Shown: positions 11,695 through 24,637, counted from the first letter of the stretch. The stretch: DNA of 64,000 nt from Octopus sinensis (GCF_006345805.1 NC_043006.1:7502001-7566000); one strand, 5' to 3'. Notes: generated from the letters alone by a model not told the origin. Translations and numbers: made by a program.

Positions 11695-13690
11695 TTTTTC
11701 TTTTAGTTTCAGCTCAAAGCTGTGGCCATGCTGGGGCACTACCGTTTTGTAACACTGTTACTTTAATGAGAGCCTCCCCCAATATGTGACACTTGGTGAA
11801 AAATGGAGTTTGATGTAGCTACCCTCATTTTCACCTCTTGCCGCGATGTAGGGTCATCTGGGACTCTCGACAAGAAGAGGTCCAGTTTTGATTTGAAAAC
11901 AACTACATCTACTTTGGGTAGGTCACTCAGGCTATTTGCGAGAATATTAAAAAGTTGTGGGTCCCTGAAACCCAAGCTATTGCAGTAAGTGGTCCTGAAG
12001 AACGATGGCATTGCTGGGATTTTTGGCACTGTTTTGGCACAATCCCTTCCAGGATCTTCCAGAGGTATACTACTTCATACCTCTCGCGCCTTCGCTCCAG
12101 GGAGAAGAGACTTAGCTGTTTCAGCCTTTCCCAGTAGCTGAGCTATTGCAATGAGAAGACCTTCTTTGCGAAACTTGGCTGGATTGCTTCAAGGTAGGCT
12201 GTTAATTTTACATTGTCAGGTGACCATAGCTGGGAACAGTGACTCATGCGAATGAGGAAGAATGTCCTCCAGTGGACCATCATAGTTTCCTTATTTCTGT
12301 TTCTGAACGGTCGCAGGATCCATCCAGTCAGTCGTCTGTACTTTGTCGCCATCCTGGTAATGTACACTGGGAAAGAGGTATCATCACTCATGTCGATACC
12401 CAGGTCTCTGACTGACTTAGGCTCTGGGATTGTAATCCCCTGTGGACCAGTGTACCCTGTAAGTTTTATATTCATTTTTGGACGCTGGCAACGCAGGGCT
12501 TGGAATTTTTCAGCATTAAACTGCATACTATTGTCCTCAACCCATTTGTAAATTGAGTCCAACTCATGTGGCAAGTGTGCAACATCGCTGCGGATCTGTA
12601 TTTTCTGCGAGACTTTCATACCGTCTGCATAGCTAGCAAGGGTGGCTATCCAGGCAGCTGCGGGTATGTCTGAGAGGGACATTATGAAAAGCAGTGATTC
12701 CAAGACAGTACGCTGTGGTACACCACTAACTATTTGTGTTTTCATTGAAGTGGCTCCATTGGCCACTACTGCCTGTCTTCTATCCTTCCGAAAGTCATTT
12801 ATAACCACTCTCCAAGTTTTCCAGTTATGCCAAGATCACGCAGTTTGTGAAATATCATATCATGATCCACTTTATCAAAAGCTTTAGCAAAGTCAAGTTA
12901 TGTTACGTCCACATTTGAGTTGTTGAATAACTGCCTCAAAACCCAGTCATAGCGCTGTAAGAGCTGGGCCAGGCTGCTCCTACCTAAATGAAAGCCATGC
13001 TGGGTATCATTCAGCAAGTTGTTTTCTTCAAGGAATGCGATTAGTTTTCCTCTGACTATCCGTTCCATGACATGACATGACATGCTGATGTGTGAAGTTA
13101 GAGAAATAGGCCTATAGTTTTTGGCATTTGCTCTGCTTCTTCCTTTATCAATTGGCCATGTTATTCCCTACTTCAGTTTGCTTGGCAGACTGCCATTACC
13201 AAGAAAGCTCTTGAAGAGTATCTGGAGGGGTTTCACTAGGGCACGCTTACACAATTTGAGGAGGATTGCTGGGAAATCATCAGGACCAGCAGTTGGGTTT
13301 TATTTCACCTCATCTTTGGCTAGGTGTATATCGTCTTCACTAATGTCGATATATTCCATCGTAACTGTTATAGGCGAGACGAAAAGAAATCTACTGGTTT
13401 GTTCAATTGTCTGTGTTCCATCGGGGAGGTAAATACACTTTTGAACTGGTCATTCATATCTTACTGATCCTGGTTCGACTGTCTGTGAGAGAGCCATCTT
13501 TTGGAGGAGGGGGTCCTATTTTGGAGTGTATTGAGACTGTTTGTCTTTTTGGTATAATGGAAGAAAGCTTTTGGGTTTCAATTAATATTTTTTTATAACC
13601 CATGTTTCTTTGTTTGCTTTCTCCCTCACATAGGATTGTTGCAGGCTTTTTTTCAATTTCCATCAGAGTTGTTTTTAGGCGGGATCTAAA
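11695..13690 (-). mobile_element. 5'-truncated CR1/L2-group LINE; RT pseudogene with its 3' UTR
   Basis: NDQFKSVFTSP, QHGFHLGRS, SGVPQRTVLESLLF, SYADG (mutated YADD) and VRDLGI; stops and frameshifts; tail gtgccccagcatggccacagc...gctgaaac. Confidence 0.93.
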
Positions 13691-13902
13691 AAACCAAAGA
13701 TAAAACAAAATAAACAAAATGAATAGGATACCTATTCCCAAGAAGTAAAATTTCTATCCTTGTTCTTGTACGAATAAGTTTTGTTTCAAAGAAACGGTCG
13801 CTAATGAAAGTACGATTTATCAACAAGTGCTTTCTCAGAGGACAACTCTGGCTTGCGTCATTGACTTTAATGTAATATATTAAACGTTTAATGTAATATA
13901 TA

Positions 13903-14116
13903 TACTCTTTTACTTGTTTCAGTCATTTGACTGCGGCCATGCTGGAGCACCGCCTTTTAATCGAGCAACTCGACCCCGGGACTTATTCTTTTGTAAGCCC
14001 AGTACTTATTCTATCGGTCTCTTTTGCCGAACCGCTAAGTAACGGGGAGATAAACACACCAGCATCGGTTGTCAAGCAATGCTAGGGGACAAACACAGAC
14101 ACACAAACACGCATAT

Positions 14117-14176
<60 letters not shown>

Positions 14177-14337
14177 CGGGCTTCTTTCAGTTTCCGTCTA
14201 CCAAATCCACTCACAAGGCTCTGGTCGTCCCGAGGCTATAGTAGAAGACACTTGCCCAAGGTGCCACGCAGTGGGACTGAACCCGGAACCATGTGGTTGG
14301 TAGACAAGCTACTTACCACACAGCCACTCCTGCGCCT
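13903..14337 (-). mobile_element. SINE family B, full length
   Basis: Reverse complement of 7291-7726. Confidence 0.93.
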
Positions 14338-14689
14338 ATATATATATTTTACCAATATATTATAAAATAACAAGTACTACATCTTATTGTCAGTTTTAGT
14401 AGATTATTCATCGATTTAGGTAATCCCACTTAGTTGCTTCAGGAGCAAGAAAAAGCAACTCATTCATAACGAAACTGGAAGTATATGTGTTTATTAAAAT
14501 AGATTAATTATATTTGCATTATCTGAAGTTCAGTTAATTATAATTTTTCACAGAATATCAAACATGTCATTAAACAAGTTTTCAGATTGCTTTTTAAGAA
14601 TGATTAAGATTGATTAAATTATGAATCATTACTTATTTCCTGGCAACACAAACATTTTAATCTAAATCTATCTTTGAAACATTATGAAA

Positions 14690-14721
<32 letters not shown>

Positions 14722-14767
14722 CGTTTGTGTGTGTGTGTATTTCATAATATTATGACATATATGTATA

Positions 14768-14821
<54 letters not shown>

Positions 14822-14823
<2 letters not shown>

Positions 14824-15095
14824 GGCTCACAATCATAAAGTAGTGAGTTCGATTCTCGAACCAGGTTGTGTGTTCTGTTCTTGAGCAAAACACTTTATTT
14901 TAAGTTGCTCCAGTTCAGTCAGCCACAGAGATGAGTTGCGGCGTCACAGGTGCCAAGCTGTATCAGCCTTTGCCATTCTCTTGGATAACATCAGTGGCGT
15001 GGAGAGTTGAAGCTGGTATGCATGGATGACTGCTGGTCTCCTATAAATAATTTTGCCTTGACTTCTGCCTCGGAGGGTAACTTCCTCGGTGTAAT
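14822..15095 (+). mobile_element. SINE family D, 5'-truncated
   Basis: B box gagttcgattc and core ttcttgagcaaaacactttattt...gttgctccag shared with 32548-32698. Confidence 0.7.
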
Positions 15096-15226
15096 CCTAT
15101 GCTTATTTATAACCGAAAAGGTACTTTATCCATTTATGGCATATACACACACACACACACACACACATATATTGATAAAAACAAAAGAAAGAAAGATACT
15201 TCGATATTAAGTAAATAGAAGAATTT

Positions 15227-15476
15227 ATCTGTAAATGTAATATGAGACAATTATTCGGTAGCCATGATAAAACTCCGAGTTTCGGATGCCGGGGTGGAAA
15301 GTTATCCGGCCACCGGAAAAATGCTATGAAAAATAATAACGCGATAACGATCATTTTTCACATCATTTTTCCGATGGCCGGATAACTGAAGAGATGGCGG
15401 CGTGGATTTCCACCTCGGCATCCGAAACTCGGGGCTTTATCATGGCTACCGAATAATTATCTCATAATACATTTAC

Positions 15477-15480
<4 letters not shown>
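15227..15480. repeat. Palindrome with about 110-bp arms and a split hammerhead-like motif
   Basis: atctgtaaatg...catttacagat; the right arm carries an extra ctgaagagatggcggcgtggat. Confidence 0.9.
15381..15441 (+). ncRNA. Degenerate hammerhead-like motif
   Basis: GAUAA-CUGAAGA-GAUG...CAUC(C)-GAAA-CUCGGGG-CU-UUAUC; triplet mutated here but intact (CUCGGAG-UU) in the left arm. Confidence 0.5.
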
Positions 15481-15529
<49 letters not shown>

Positions 15530-15531
<2 letters not shown>

Positions 15532-15719
15532 CTTTTCTACACCAGGCACAAGTCCTGGAATTTGTGGTGAGAGAGATAGTCGATTCCATCAATCCCAGTT
15601 CTTGACTGGTACTTAATTCATCTACTGTGAAAGGAATTTAAGCCCAGAAAGTAAGGACGGGCCAAATACCGCTAAGAATTTTGCCCGGTGTACTAGCGAT
15701 TTTACCTGCTCACCGCCTT
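15530..15719 (-). mobile_element. SINE family A, degenerate, internally deleted
   Basis: Head aaggcggtgagcagg and tail variant 2. Confidence 0.8.
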
Positions 15720-17534
15720 GAGACATATAAATAATAAAACCGGGTATATGGGTTAGCTGGCATTGCTAAAATCATCCGGATAGCCAAAAAAAAAAAGTGA
15801 GTAGCTTGATGATGTGAGAGGTACGTAATGTATTACGTAATCTCATGGGTGTTGTGTTTACTCCTTGCCTGACTACTATGCTTACGTGACAATAAAGGCC
15901 CTTCGTGAAACAATTATAGAAAGAGCAAATAACCAATTCGTTTATTTTTATTATGCTTTTACCCCACCCGTAGAGCTCCATTCAGCTCTGGATACTTTTG
16001 GACAATATTGGAGTTATGGATAACCTAAGAAAATCGGTCTCTCTTCATCGAGGCATTCTTTGCAACGACAATAGATAAAACGTGTTTTGTGTCATTTTGT
16101 GTAGCCAATTTGAGGTATGCTTTACTTTGATATGCTTCGGTCTTTTATACCTGTTCTATAACCAACATTCTCTGTGTATGTATGCGTGTGTGTGTGCATG
16201 CGAGCATGTCTGTATGTGTGCTTGTTTGCGTGGGTGTACGTGCGCGCGCGAGTTGGTGTACGTTTTCGTTCTTTTTTGTCCACCGTATGGTACATACATT
16301 CTTCAAGGTGTAACATAAAATACTATATTTTTCTTCGTTTTAACATTTCTTAATATGTCTATTACTGAAGAAATAAGGAGTATTTGTTATATAAACGTAC
16401 AATGAGTCCATTTTTGAAAAATGTGTTCAACGGTAATTTCAATAAACCTTGTATTTTGTGAAATAGTCACTGACCGTTGGAAGTTACAGTAGAAGAAAGT
16501 ATGGAAAATCTAAAGTTTTAGCCCTAAAATTTGTTGGACGATTTGGTGAACACAAGTTAAAATTGAGAGAACAACTCTCTTGACTGGTAAATGTATTTAT
16601 TGAAAGGACACTTTTTATTCGTTTTATCATTAATTTTAAATATTTTTGTTAAAATCATTGTATATTTTCTAAGAAAATTAAATCTTTTCGATTGGAGAAG
16701 AATGGTCAGAGATATCGTGATTCAGGAAAGCTACGACTCGTATAAACCCAAGAGACAGAAACACATTATCAAATAGAAAGAAATATTATTAAGATGAACT
16801 TTCAGTAACCAAATTATGAGAAGTAATAAAATTATATTGTCTACCAACAGTAATATAGAAATATCTAGGACAAATTAAGGAATGAGATTTATTTTAATAG
16901 TCATTCTAGCAAATAACTCTAATATGTTATATATCGCCGCAAAGGAAATTACTGACTTGTCATGTAATGGATCAAATATCCATAGAGGTTCAAGAGGTAT
17001 AGATATCTAAGGCCAGAAGTTAAGCACTCTAATCAGTGCATGTTAAATAAACCATTTATCTCCTCTCTTGGCAATCTTCTCAAGCGTTTTCTATTACATT
17101 GTCCTTGTTGATGGATTATTAAGATGGAATTACATTTGCTTCTTGGAACTAACGTACACACGATTTCCAAGACTATCTACTAAACACACAAAGCATATAG
17201 TGTTGTTACAAACACTTACACAATGTAATAAAATGAAGTTACCAAGAAAGGTCAATGCAGTATCTTGACCAGCTAGAAATAGCAGAATTATATCCATGGA
17301 ACTATAAACTTCCTTCTTAAATGTAGGAGATGACACCGGATGACAATTTGGGATAATCTATATAGTTTGGATGGAAGTAAGCAAGCAATACGCTCAATAT
17401 ATGTCATGTATTTTAAAGATATGTACGTATTTATCTATATACAGATGTGTGTGTGCGCGTGTGCGTATGTGTGTGTGTACTTTGTATACACATACATAGT
17501 ATGTGTATATTTTCTATTATTTACTATAATACCA

Positions 17535-17950
17535 ATTTCTTTACTACCCACAAGGAGCTAAACACAGAGGGGACAAAGAAGGACAGACAAACGGATTAAG
17601 TCGATTGCATCGACCCCAGTGCGAAATTGGTACTTAATTTATCGACCCTGAAAGGATGAAAGGCAAAGTGGACCGCGGCGAAATTTGAACTCAGAACGTA
17701 GAGACAGACGAACTACCTATTTCTTTACCACCCGCCAGGGGAAAAACACAGACAGGACAAACAAGGACAGACAAACGGATTAAGTCGATTATATCGACCC
17801 CAGTGCATAACTGGTACTTAATTTATCGACCCCGAAAGGATGAAAGGCAAAGTCGACCTCGGCGGAATTTGAACTCAGAATGTAACGGCAGGCGAAATAC
17901 GGCTACGAATTTCGCCCGTCGTGCTAACGTTTCTGCCAGCTCGCCGCCTT
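17535..17950 (-). mobile_element. SINE family A dimer
   Basis: Full unit plus 5'-truncated unit joined at gtaaagaaataggta. Confidence 0.92.
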
Positions 17951-20110
17951 TTTACTATAATACCTGTTAAAGAAATATCAAGCATAGAAGACAGTTTAGA
18001 AGAGGACAAAGAATGGTGCAATGAAAGGTGCGAATAAGTCTCACCATCTTCTGTTGAGTTAAAGGCGTCAATATTTCGGCAGCTTTTACAACAGAATCCC
18101 TTGTTTCAGTTTGTCATTGGATTTGTAGAACACTAGGCTGAAGAGTTGCGAAGACAGATATATACAAACCAAAAGAGATTGTCTAAATGAGACGTAGTGC
18201 ACTATTCCTCCTGTATCACGGGATTGGTCGCCGTAAGGTAAACGAAATAATGAGAAAATTTACAAAAAAATCTGTATATGTACTTAAATTTTTTTTCGTT
18301 GACGTAAGAAATGGAATGCTGGAAATAATTAGTTCTGTCGACTACGATAATCAGAACAGAAGTGGTTAAACATATTAAAAGAACAATGCCAGTTTTTCGA
18401 AGTGAATGGAGTGTTACGAGAAATCTGTGAAGTATCTACTTGTTCGGATATTTATCCTTTGAATAAAGAGAAATGAAATCATGGTAAAGAATGTTGGGCT
18501 TTGTCACTATCGCAGTTGAAAACGAAGGCAATTTGCACGGGCTGCAGGATGGAGGGAAACCAGAAAGGAATTCCATGAGAGAAGAAAATCAGACAAAGCA
18601 GTGCAGGGGTGAACAAGTGAAAAACTGTTCTGCCGGTTTCTCAACTCCAAAACTTCTTGCCCTTTACCATTCTACTCCTCGCACCAATATAAGTAACGCT
18701 TATGGTCCACCACTCCCTTCCTATTCTCACTTTCTTTCTTAGCGATACCAACCACATCACCATATATTTCCTTGACATCACCATATATTTCCTCCCCCCA
18801 AATACTCAAACCTAACAGTTCTGGAAATCCTCATTGTTTCCACAAGTATTTATTTCATTGAACATACAAAAAGTAAATCCAGCTTATCTCCACACCATTA
18901 ATAGCTTTCCTCGCCTCGTACGTCTTTGACACCATCTAATCCTGTTCACCGCCATCTTGTTTCCTGGCTGCTGCTGCTGGCTATTATTCATTATTCAATG
19001 TCCCTTTAAACTACCACATCTTACAATGATCGTCGTCTTACATTGCACTATTCCACTGTTAAACCGCCGCACTACATCTCACCCCAACTATTCTAGCAGC
19101 TCAACCCTTTTCCTCCATTTAACCAAATTTTATCTCATTCTCAACCGCTTCTCAGGTTTCCAGAGTCTCTTTTAGGCACCAGTATGAGCCCCAATCAGGC
19201 TAATCTTTCAGTTGGCTATTTTGAGATCCAGATTCGTCACAACTCATTGGACCGACTAATGAATAGTTTTCTTATTACATTAATGACTGTGTCGGCTCCA
19301 CTTCACTCTTATGAGAACAACTCAATACCATTATCTCCGACAATTCCATTACGTCTAACATCACCGTTAATTATCTGGAGGTTTCTGTCATCAGCTATAA
19401 ATCCATCATCAACCACATCACACCTATTTTTATAAACCTACTGACTTTCACTCCTACTAAGACTACACATACTTCAATCTGATGCATATCAAATACATCA
19501 TGCCCTACTCTCAATACCAGCATCTCTGTCGTGAACAAAATTATGTTTTACAAATGTTTTATATTTATATTTGATATTTTTATACATTTGTATAATTTTA
19601 TAAACTTTGTTTTTAGTGTTTATAATTTAGATATAATTTTTTTGACTGTTTAAGTTTTTTTATATAACTTAATCGACATGGGAATCCTTATTTTAGTAAT
19701 TTTTTTAATCATGCAATATATTCACTAAGCGTTTATATGCTCTAACTGGTTGAGTTTTATCATGAGCTTCTAAACACTATGCTTAGGAAAAGTCTTCATA
19801 GTTTTTCTTATAAATTAAAGTATCCAATTATTAGGTTTAAATTTAATTTCTATACTTATTCTATATATTGATTTAAGTTTTTTCGATTTAATATTATGAA
19901 TTTGTTAAGTTATTATTCAATTCTAATTTCCACTCCTAAAGTTTATATTATTTATCACTTTCGGTTTTTCTTTATATTCTCCTTTAATTTGATAATCCAA
20001 ATAAGTATTGACCATCCAATCATTCTTTCTTCCATTTATCACCCCTTCCCCATAATGCATTCCCTTACTACTAACCCTCCAACCTAAACTTTTGTGTAGA
20101 TAAAGGAAGA

Positions 20111-20700
20111 TACATCATCATCATTGTTCGACCGTGGTCGAGACAATGGAATTTAGTATGTTACGCCAGACTTCACGGTCCATCATAGATTTACAGAGGT
20201 TCTGTTGCTGGAAGCCTGTATCCCTGGAGATTACATCAGGGTAGGAGAGTGTGCGCCCTCTGGTATCGCGAGCAGATGGCTTCCAGAGGAGAAGAGTAGA
20301 AATTACCTCGTTTTCAGCTCTACAACAATGTCCAACAAACTGGACTATTCTAACCTTTCACAAGAGATGATACAGGTGGTCATTTCCCATATATTTGTAC
20401 TTTGGTTGGATGACGCTTCCACGAGAGATTTTGAGCTCTCATAAGGAGGCGAGTGTAAGTTCCATCCAACCGCCTCTCAAGCTTCTTTGATAGCGTCCAG
20501 GTTTCTGAGCCATATTGTAGAATTGGTTCGACTGTGGCTTTGAAGAATTCAAGTTTGAAATCTCTACTTAGATTTGATGACCAGATCTTATGCATATCGT
20601 TACAGGCTGGCCAGGCCATACCCTTTCTCATTAGAAAATATTTTTCAGATGATGATATGTATGACCCAAGATATTTGTAATCAGAAACCATATTTAAAAT
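20111..20700 (-). mobile_element. RTE-like LINE 3' fragment with (GAT)n tail
   Basis: YKYLGS...KATVEPILQYGSETWTL is a typical RTE ORF C-terminus; candidate 8-bp TSD agatacat at 20108-20115 and 20701-20708. Confidence 0.85.
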
Positions 20701-21984
20701 AGATACATGGTCCAGCACATTGAGAGTCTAGTAGATTGTCTGACATTATTTGATTTGTCATCATTAACTACAGTTGTCAACTCCCAATGGATGTTATTCG
20801 AAATGGTTGAAAACTACATTGTACATAGTCTTCTAAATATAAATAACTAGATCACCACTCTTTTATCCCGCCCCCACTATTTTCTCTGCTGCTGTCTAAA
20901 TTATAGTTGTCTTGATGTGGTATGCACTATTTTGTAAATTCATTTTGCCACGGATATGAAAAAAGGAACAATATATATATTTTGAGTTCAAATATTGATG
21001 CAAATGATTTTAAAAAACGGTTGTCTCCTTATGTTTGAAGTCTATGCGGTCATCTGACGAGAACGGTTTCTTTCGAATCGATTTAATGTTTTCATTAATC
21101 AATTCAAGGAGCCACTTAACACGGCCGTAATGTATTGACACATGCGCATCTTGTTACTCATTTATATTCTGTTCATCTATCTTGAAACCTGCACTTCAGA
21201 AATACTAGGGAAGGCACCTTTATAAAAGTACATTTCTGATTACCAAGAACGGATATCTTCACGTAGCTGGGTTACGTTGTCTGCACACACGGCAGGTATA
21301 TCAGGTACAAACACACCTACACGTTGTACTGATATGCAATATTTAATTAATATCGTTTGTGTGTGCGGATTATACCGACCTAGCAAGCTACCTTAATTAA
21401 GTACCTAATTCTACTGAATCGTAACTATATATATATATATATATTTAAACATAATAAATAATATTAGGGTAATAAGAATTATAGAAATTATTATTACCAG
21501 TGGCCTAGCACAAAAAAATTAGTCAAATAGACTATATATTATTCACATAAAAATATCGTATACATTAAAACACATTAAGAAGCTTCCAAATAGGAGAGCC
21601 TTGTGCTAGAAAGAGCAGTAGAAAACTCAAACCACTAATGTTTATATATATATATATATATATAATATATATATATATACATATATATACATCCTTACTT
21701 GCATTCAAATATACGTAAAACCCAATACACAACCACATTAATCACCACTGACTTTGCTCACATCTAAACGCACTATACAAAGAGGCGCACGCACAGGTAC
21801 ACACACACACACATACACACACACGTATACATACGCACAGAAACATACAAACAAATACACACTCACATTAACCTTAACAAACTGGATGCACTTAAGCATG
21901 ACCAGCGCAGACATTACTTCACACATGAACAATCAGCCGTACATACTTACCGCACTCCTTACTGCATTTAGTTTGTAAAGGCAT

Positions 21985-22016
<32 letters not shown>

Positions 22017-22063
22017 CTAGGGGGGATGTGCATGTCTGTACACATCTATAAATCGTATATGCA

Positions 22064-22116
<53 letters not shown>

Positions 22117-22228
22117 ATATATAAATTTATATATGAGGATAATATCGATATTTAAGTGTCGAAATTATCAAGTGGCCAGCATGAAAGAAGTACCTTACAA
22201 AAGTAAAAATCTTTTAACAATTAAAAAT

Positions 22229-22276
<48 letters not shown>

Positions 22277-22482
22277 TATATTATATATATATATATATAC
22301 ATATGCATATATATATATATATTATTATGGATAATTCGGTTAACCGATATCTGGGTAGCAAATTCATGTCAGAAAAACACGGTTGAAGCTACATGCCAAG
22401 GGCAGAGATCACGTGTGGAAATTTGTATGTTTTTTTAATACAAATAAATGAAAGAATGGAGTTGAACGACGAATTAACAAAA

Positions 22483-22581
22483 TTCCTTTATTCTCGACAT
22501 ATGTTTCGAAGGCTGCATATTCCTAATTTCGAAGGAATAAGGGGTGCATTATGCCGCCTTCTCATCAGGAAAAACAAGGAA
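22483..22581 (-). ncRNA. Type I hammerhead ribozyme with canonical core
   Basis: CUGAUGA (22568-22562), stem II GAAGGC/GCCUUC, GAAA, stem III C-AUAU-G, triplet GUC; stem I UUCCUUGUUUUUC/GAGAAUAAAGGAA has 11 of 13 pairs. Confidence 0.85.
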
Positions 22582-23138
22582 CTTATGTCAGCATCAAGAT
22601 GAACAAAAACTTTTAGATGGCTGCCCACACGGAGCCCATAGCGATAATGACTGTTTCTTTAAAATATTCCGTTATAAGCAGTGAGGTCAAAAATGGTTGA
22701 ATGTAGAAGATTCTAGAAGGTTCAAGGGTTCAAACAAGGTTGGAGGAGAGAGGTCTAAGAATAGGAAGGTGACAGGGTGCAAGTCATATGAATGGTGATT
22801 TGTTGTTGTTTTCTTTTGTGATTGAGTGCCTATGTGTGTGTATGTATATAACTGCATTCATGTCTATGTGTGTGTATGTGTGTGCGTGATTGTGTGTGTG
22901 GTTGGGTAGATGCCAAAAACAAACAGTGGTGAAGTGACAGGTTTGTGTCTGTGTGTTTGATTGTGCTTACTATAGAGAGAGGGAAAGAGAGAGAGGAGGG
23001 CGAGGTAGAGAGACAAAAGTAAAACATACCTCAATGAATTGGGTAGTAGTCCTTTATGAGTATAAAAATTTGACTATGGGGGTGATGTATAAATGGAACC
23101 AAATTATTAAAATTCAAGGAGGTTATCTATATTAATCA

Positions 23139-23940
23139 TCATTCATATGAGTGAAAGGTGTGTTTCTGGTAGTGCATGCACCTACAGGATTTTTCGACTA
23201 TTGTATTTATTAAAGGGAATTTGGCGAACAATATATGGAAAAGTTCGGAATTACAGACGCCACAAAATTTTCTGCCCTTATCAAACAGAAAGGATACAGA
23301 CAATATGGACCACTCCAGCTTGAAAGTTGTATTGCTGTCCTTAAGACGCCAAACTAATTTACTTAGTCCTGTGCTTTGTTGTTTTCTCTTATCTCGGAAA
23401 GTTGAATAATGATTGGAGATCCTCTGGGATAATTTGGAAGTAGTTGCCCCAATGTAGAAGAAGAAATCAATACCGGAAGAAACTTTACACTGGTAAATGG
23501 AATTTCTAATTTTGGAATTGCTGGATAAGAACTTTAAACTGTTAGGGTTTACCTCCGAGACTAAGACGGAGTTTTTATTGTTATGATTGCTGTTAATATT
23601 ATTGCTAGCATTGATCACAATACTATTCCTATTATTATCATTACTATTAATTGTACTATCGTCGGCAATTTCCCTGACTATAGGAATGTTGGGGTTGTTA
23701 TCATCAATACTACCACTGTTATTAGAAATGTTGTCGTTATTACCACTAACACTACCACTGTTAATAATCCGACTAATATTATTATTAATATTACTATTGT
23801 TAATGCCAACGCTGCTATGAATGTTGCTATTATCAATACTATTTCTATTATTATTATTATTGTATGTTTGGTTGGAATTGGTAAGGGCAGTGTCGTAACT
23901 CCCGGGTGATGAATCCTTATTTAGCAGCTTGTTATTATAT
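23139..23940 (-). CDS. Stop-free frame of about 267 codons: Asn-rich region plus PLE GIY-YIG domain (5'-truncated, no true start)
   Basis: Manual translation is open from the (TA)n tract near 23940 to the stop at 23139; the ORF track shows only the part from GTG 23618. Confidence 0.6.
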
Positions 23941-24008
23941 ATATATATATATATCGGTGCGAATGTTTTTTTTTTATACGGTACAATGCTCTACTAAATA
24001 ATAATATT

Positions 24009-24322
24009 GGTATTTTTATATAAGCTTCACGTTGATGGTGATCACCGTGAAATAACTAAGGAAAATAGTCTAATAAAGGGGCACATAAGCCCTCGACAGA
24101 AATACGAACTAATATGGCTCTTAAATTTGACAGAAACGGGGACACTAATTATCTGGTGTAAATGTAACACACTCAGTCGCGTTCACAAAGAGTTGTGTGT
24201 TCGAGTCCCACGCGGATACGAAAGCCTAACTTCTTTTCTGTCGAGGTCTTATATGCCCCTTCATTAGACTATTTCGTTAGTCATTGCACGGTGAACGCCA
24301 TAAGCTTTAAGCTTATATAAAA

Positions 24323-24327
<5 letters not shown>
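24009..24327. repeat. Imperfect inverted repeat, MITE-like
   Basis: 24043-24102 pairs with 24235-24293; outer arms 24009-24027 and 24309-24327. Confidence 0.8.
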
Positions 24328-24363
<36 letters not shown>

Positions 24364-24558
24364 GTGTGTGAATAGAAATATATAAACGCAGATGTTACTC
24401 AAATTCTTTTACTTCCGACAGAAAATATTTCTCATAAACCCGGAGTTTCTACCTTTAAAAACAAGATGTTACGTCCTTATTACTTGTATGATTTTTTGCT
24501 TCCCTAGTAACTGTTTATATATTTTCCGTATTAATTGTAAGTAAAGGAAAAATACACA

Positions 24559-24637
<79 letters not shown>

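Larger units (their letters stand above)
22440..23940 (-). mobile_element. Penelope-like element 3' fragment: GIY-YIG endonuclease, 3' region and hammerhead
   Basis: IYQCKV...FYIGAT...QRISNH...STGLSKLVWRLK...EWSIL...FCGVC...LIN...CMH followed by a terminal hammerhead on the same strand. Confidence 0.88.

Noticed and set aside
13465-13685. Apparent minus-strand exon (ttttttag...CA|gtaaga) with an upstream hydrophobic stretch in the ORF track
   Set aside because: SKIGP...DGSLTD...ISKI runs straight into NDQFKSVFT, so this is LINE ORF2; the hydrophobic stretch is T-rich flank.
17960-19520. Possible decayed mariner and RTE sequence
   Set aside because: No motif clear enough to support a call.
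21055-21098. CTGACGA...GAAT hammerhead candidate (also CTGACGA near 39040 and CTGATGA near 19395 minus)
   Set aside because: No proper GAAA, stem II or stem III geometry.
24069-24102. CTAAT(A/G)A-AGGG...CCCT-CGACAGAAA as a hammerhead
   Set aside because: G5 is lost and the register to GAAA is wrong in both arms.
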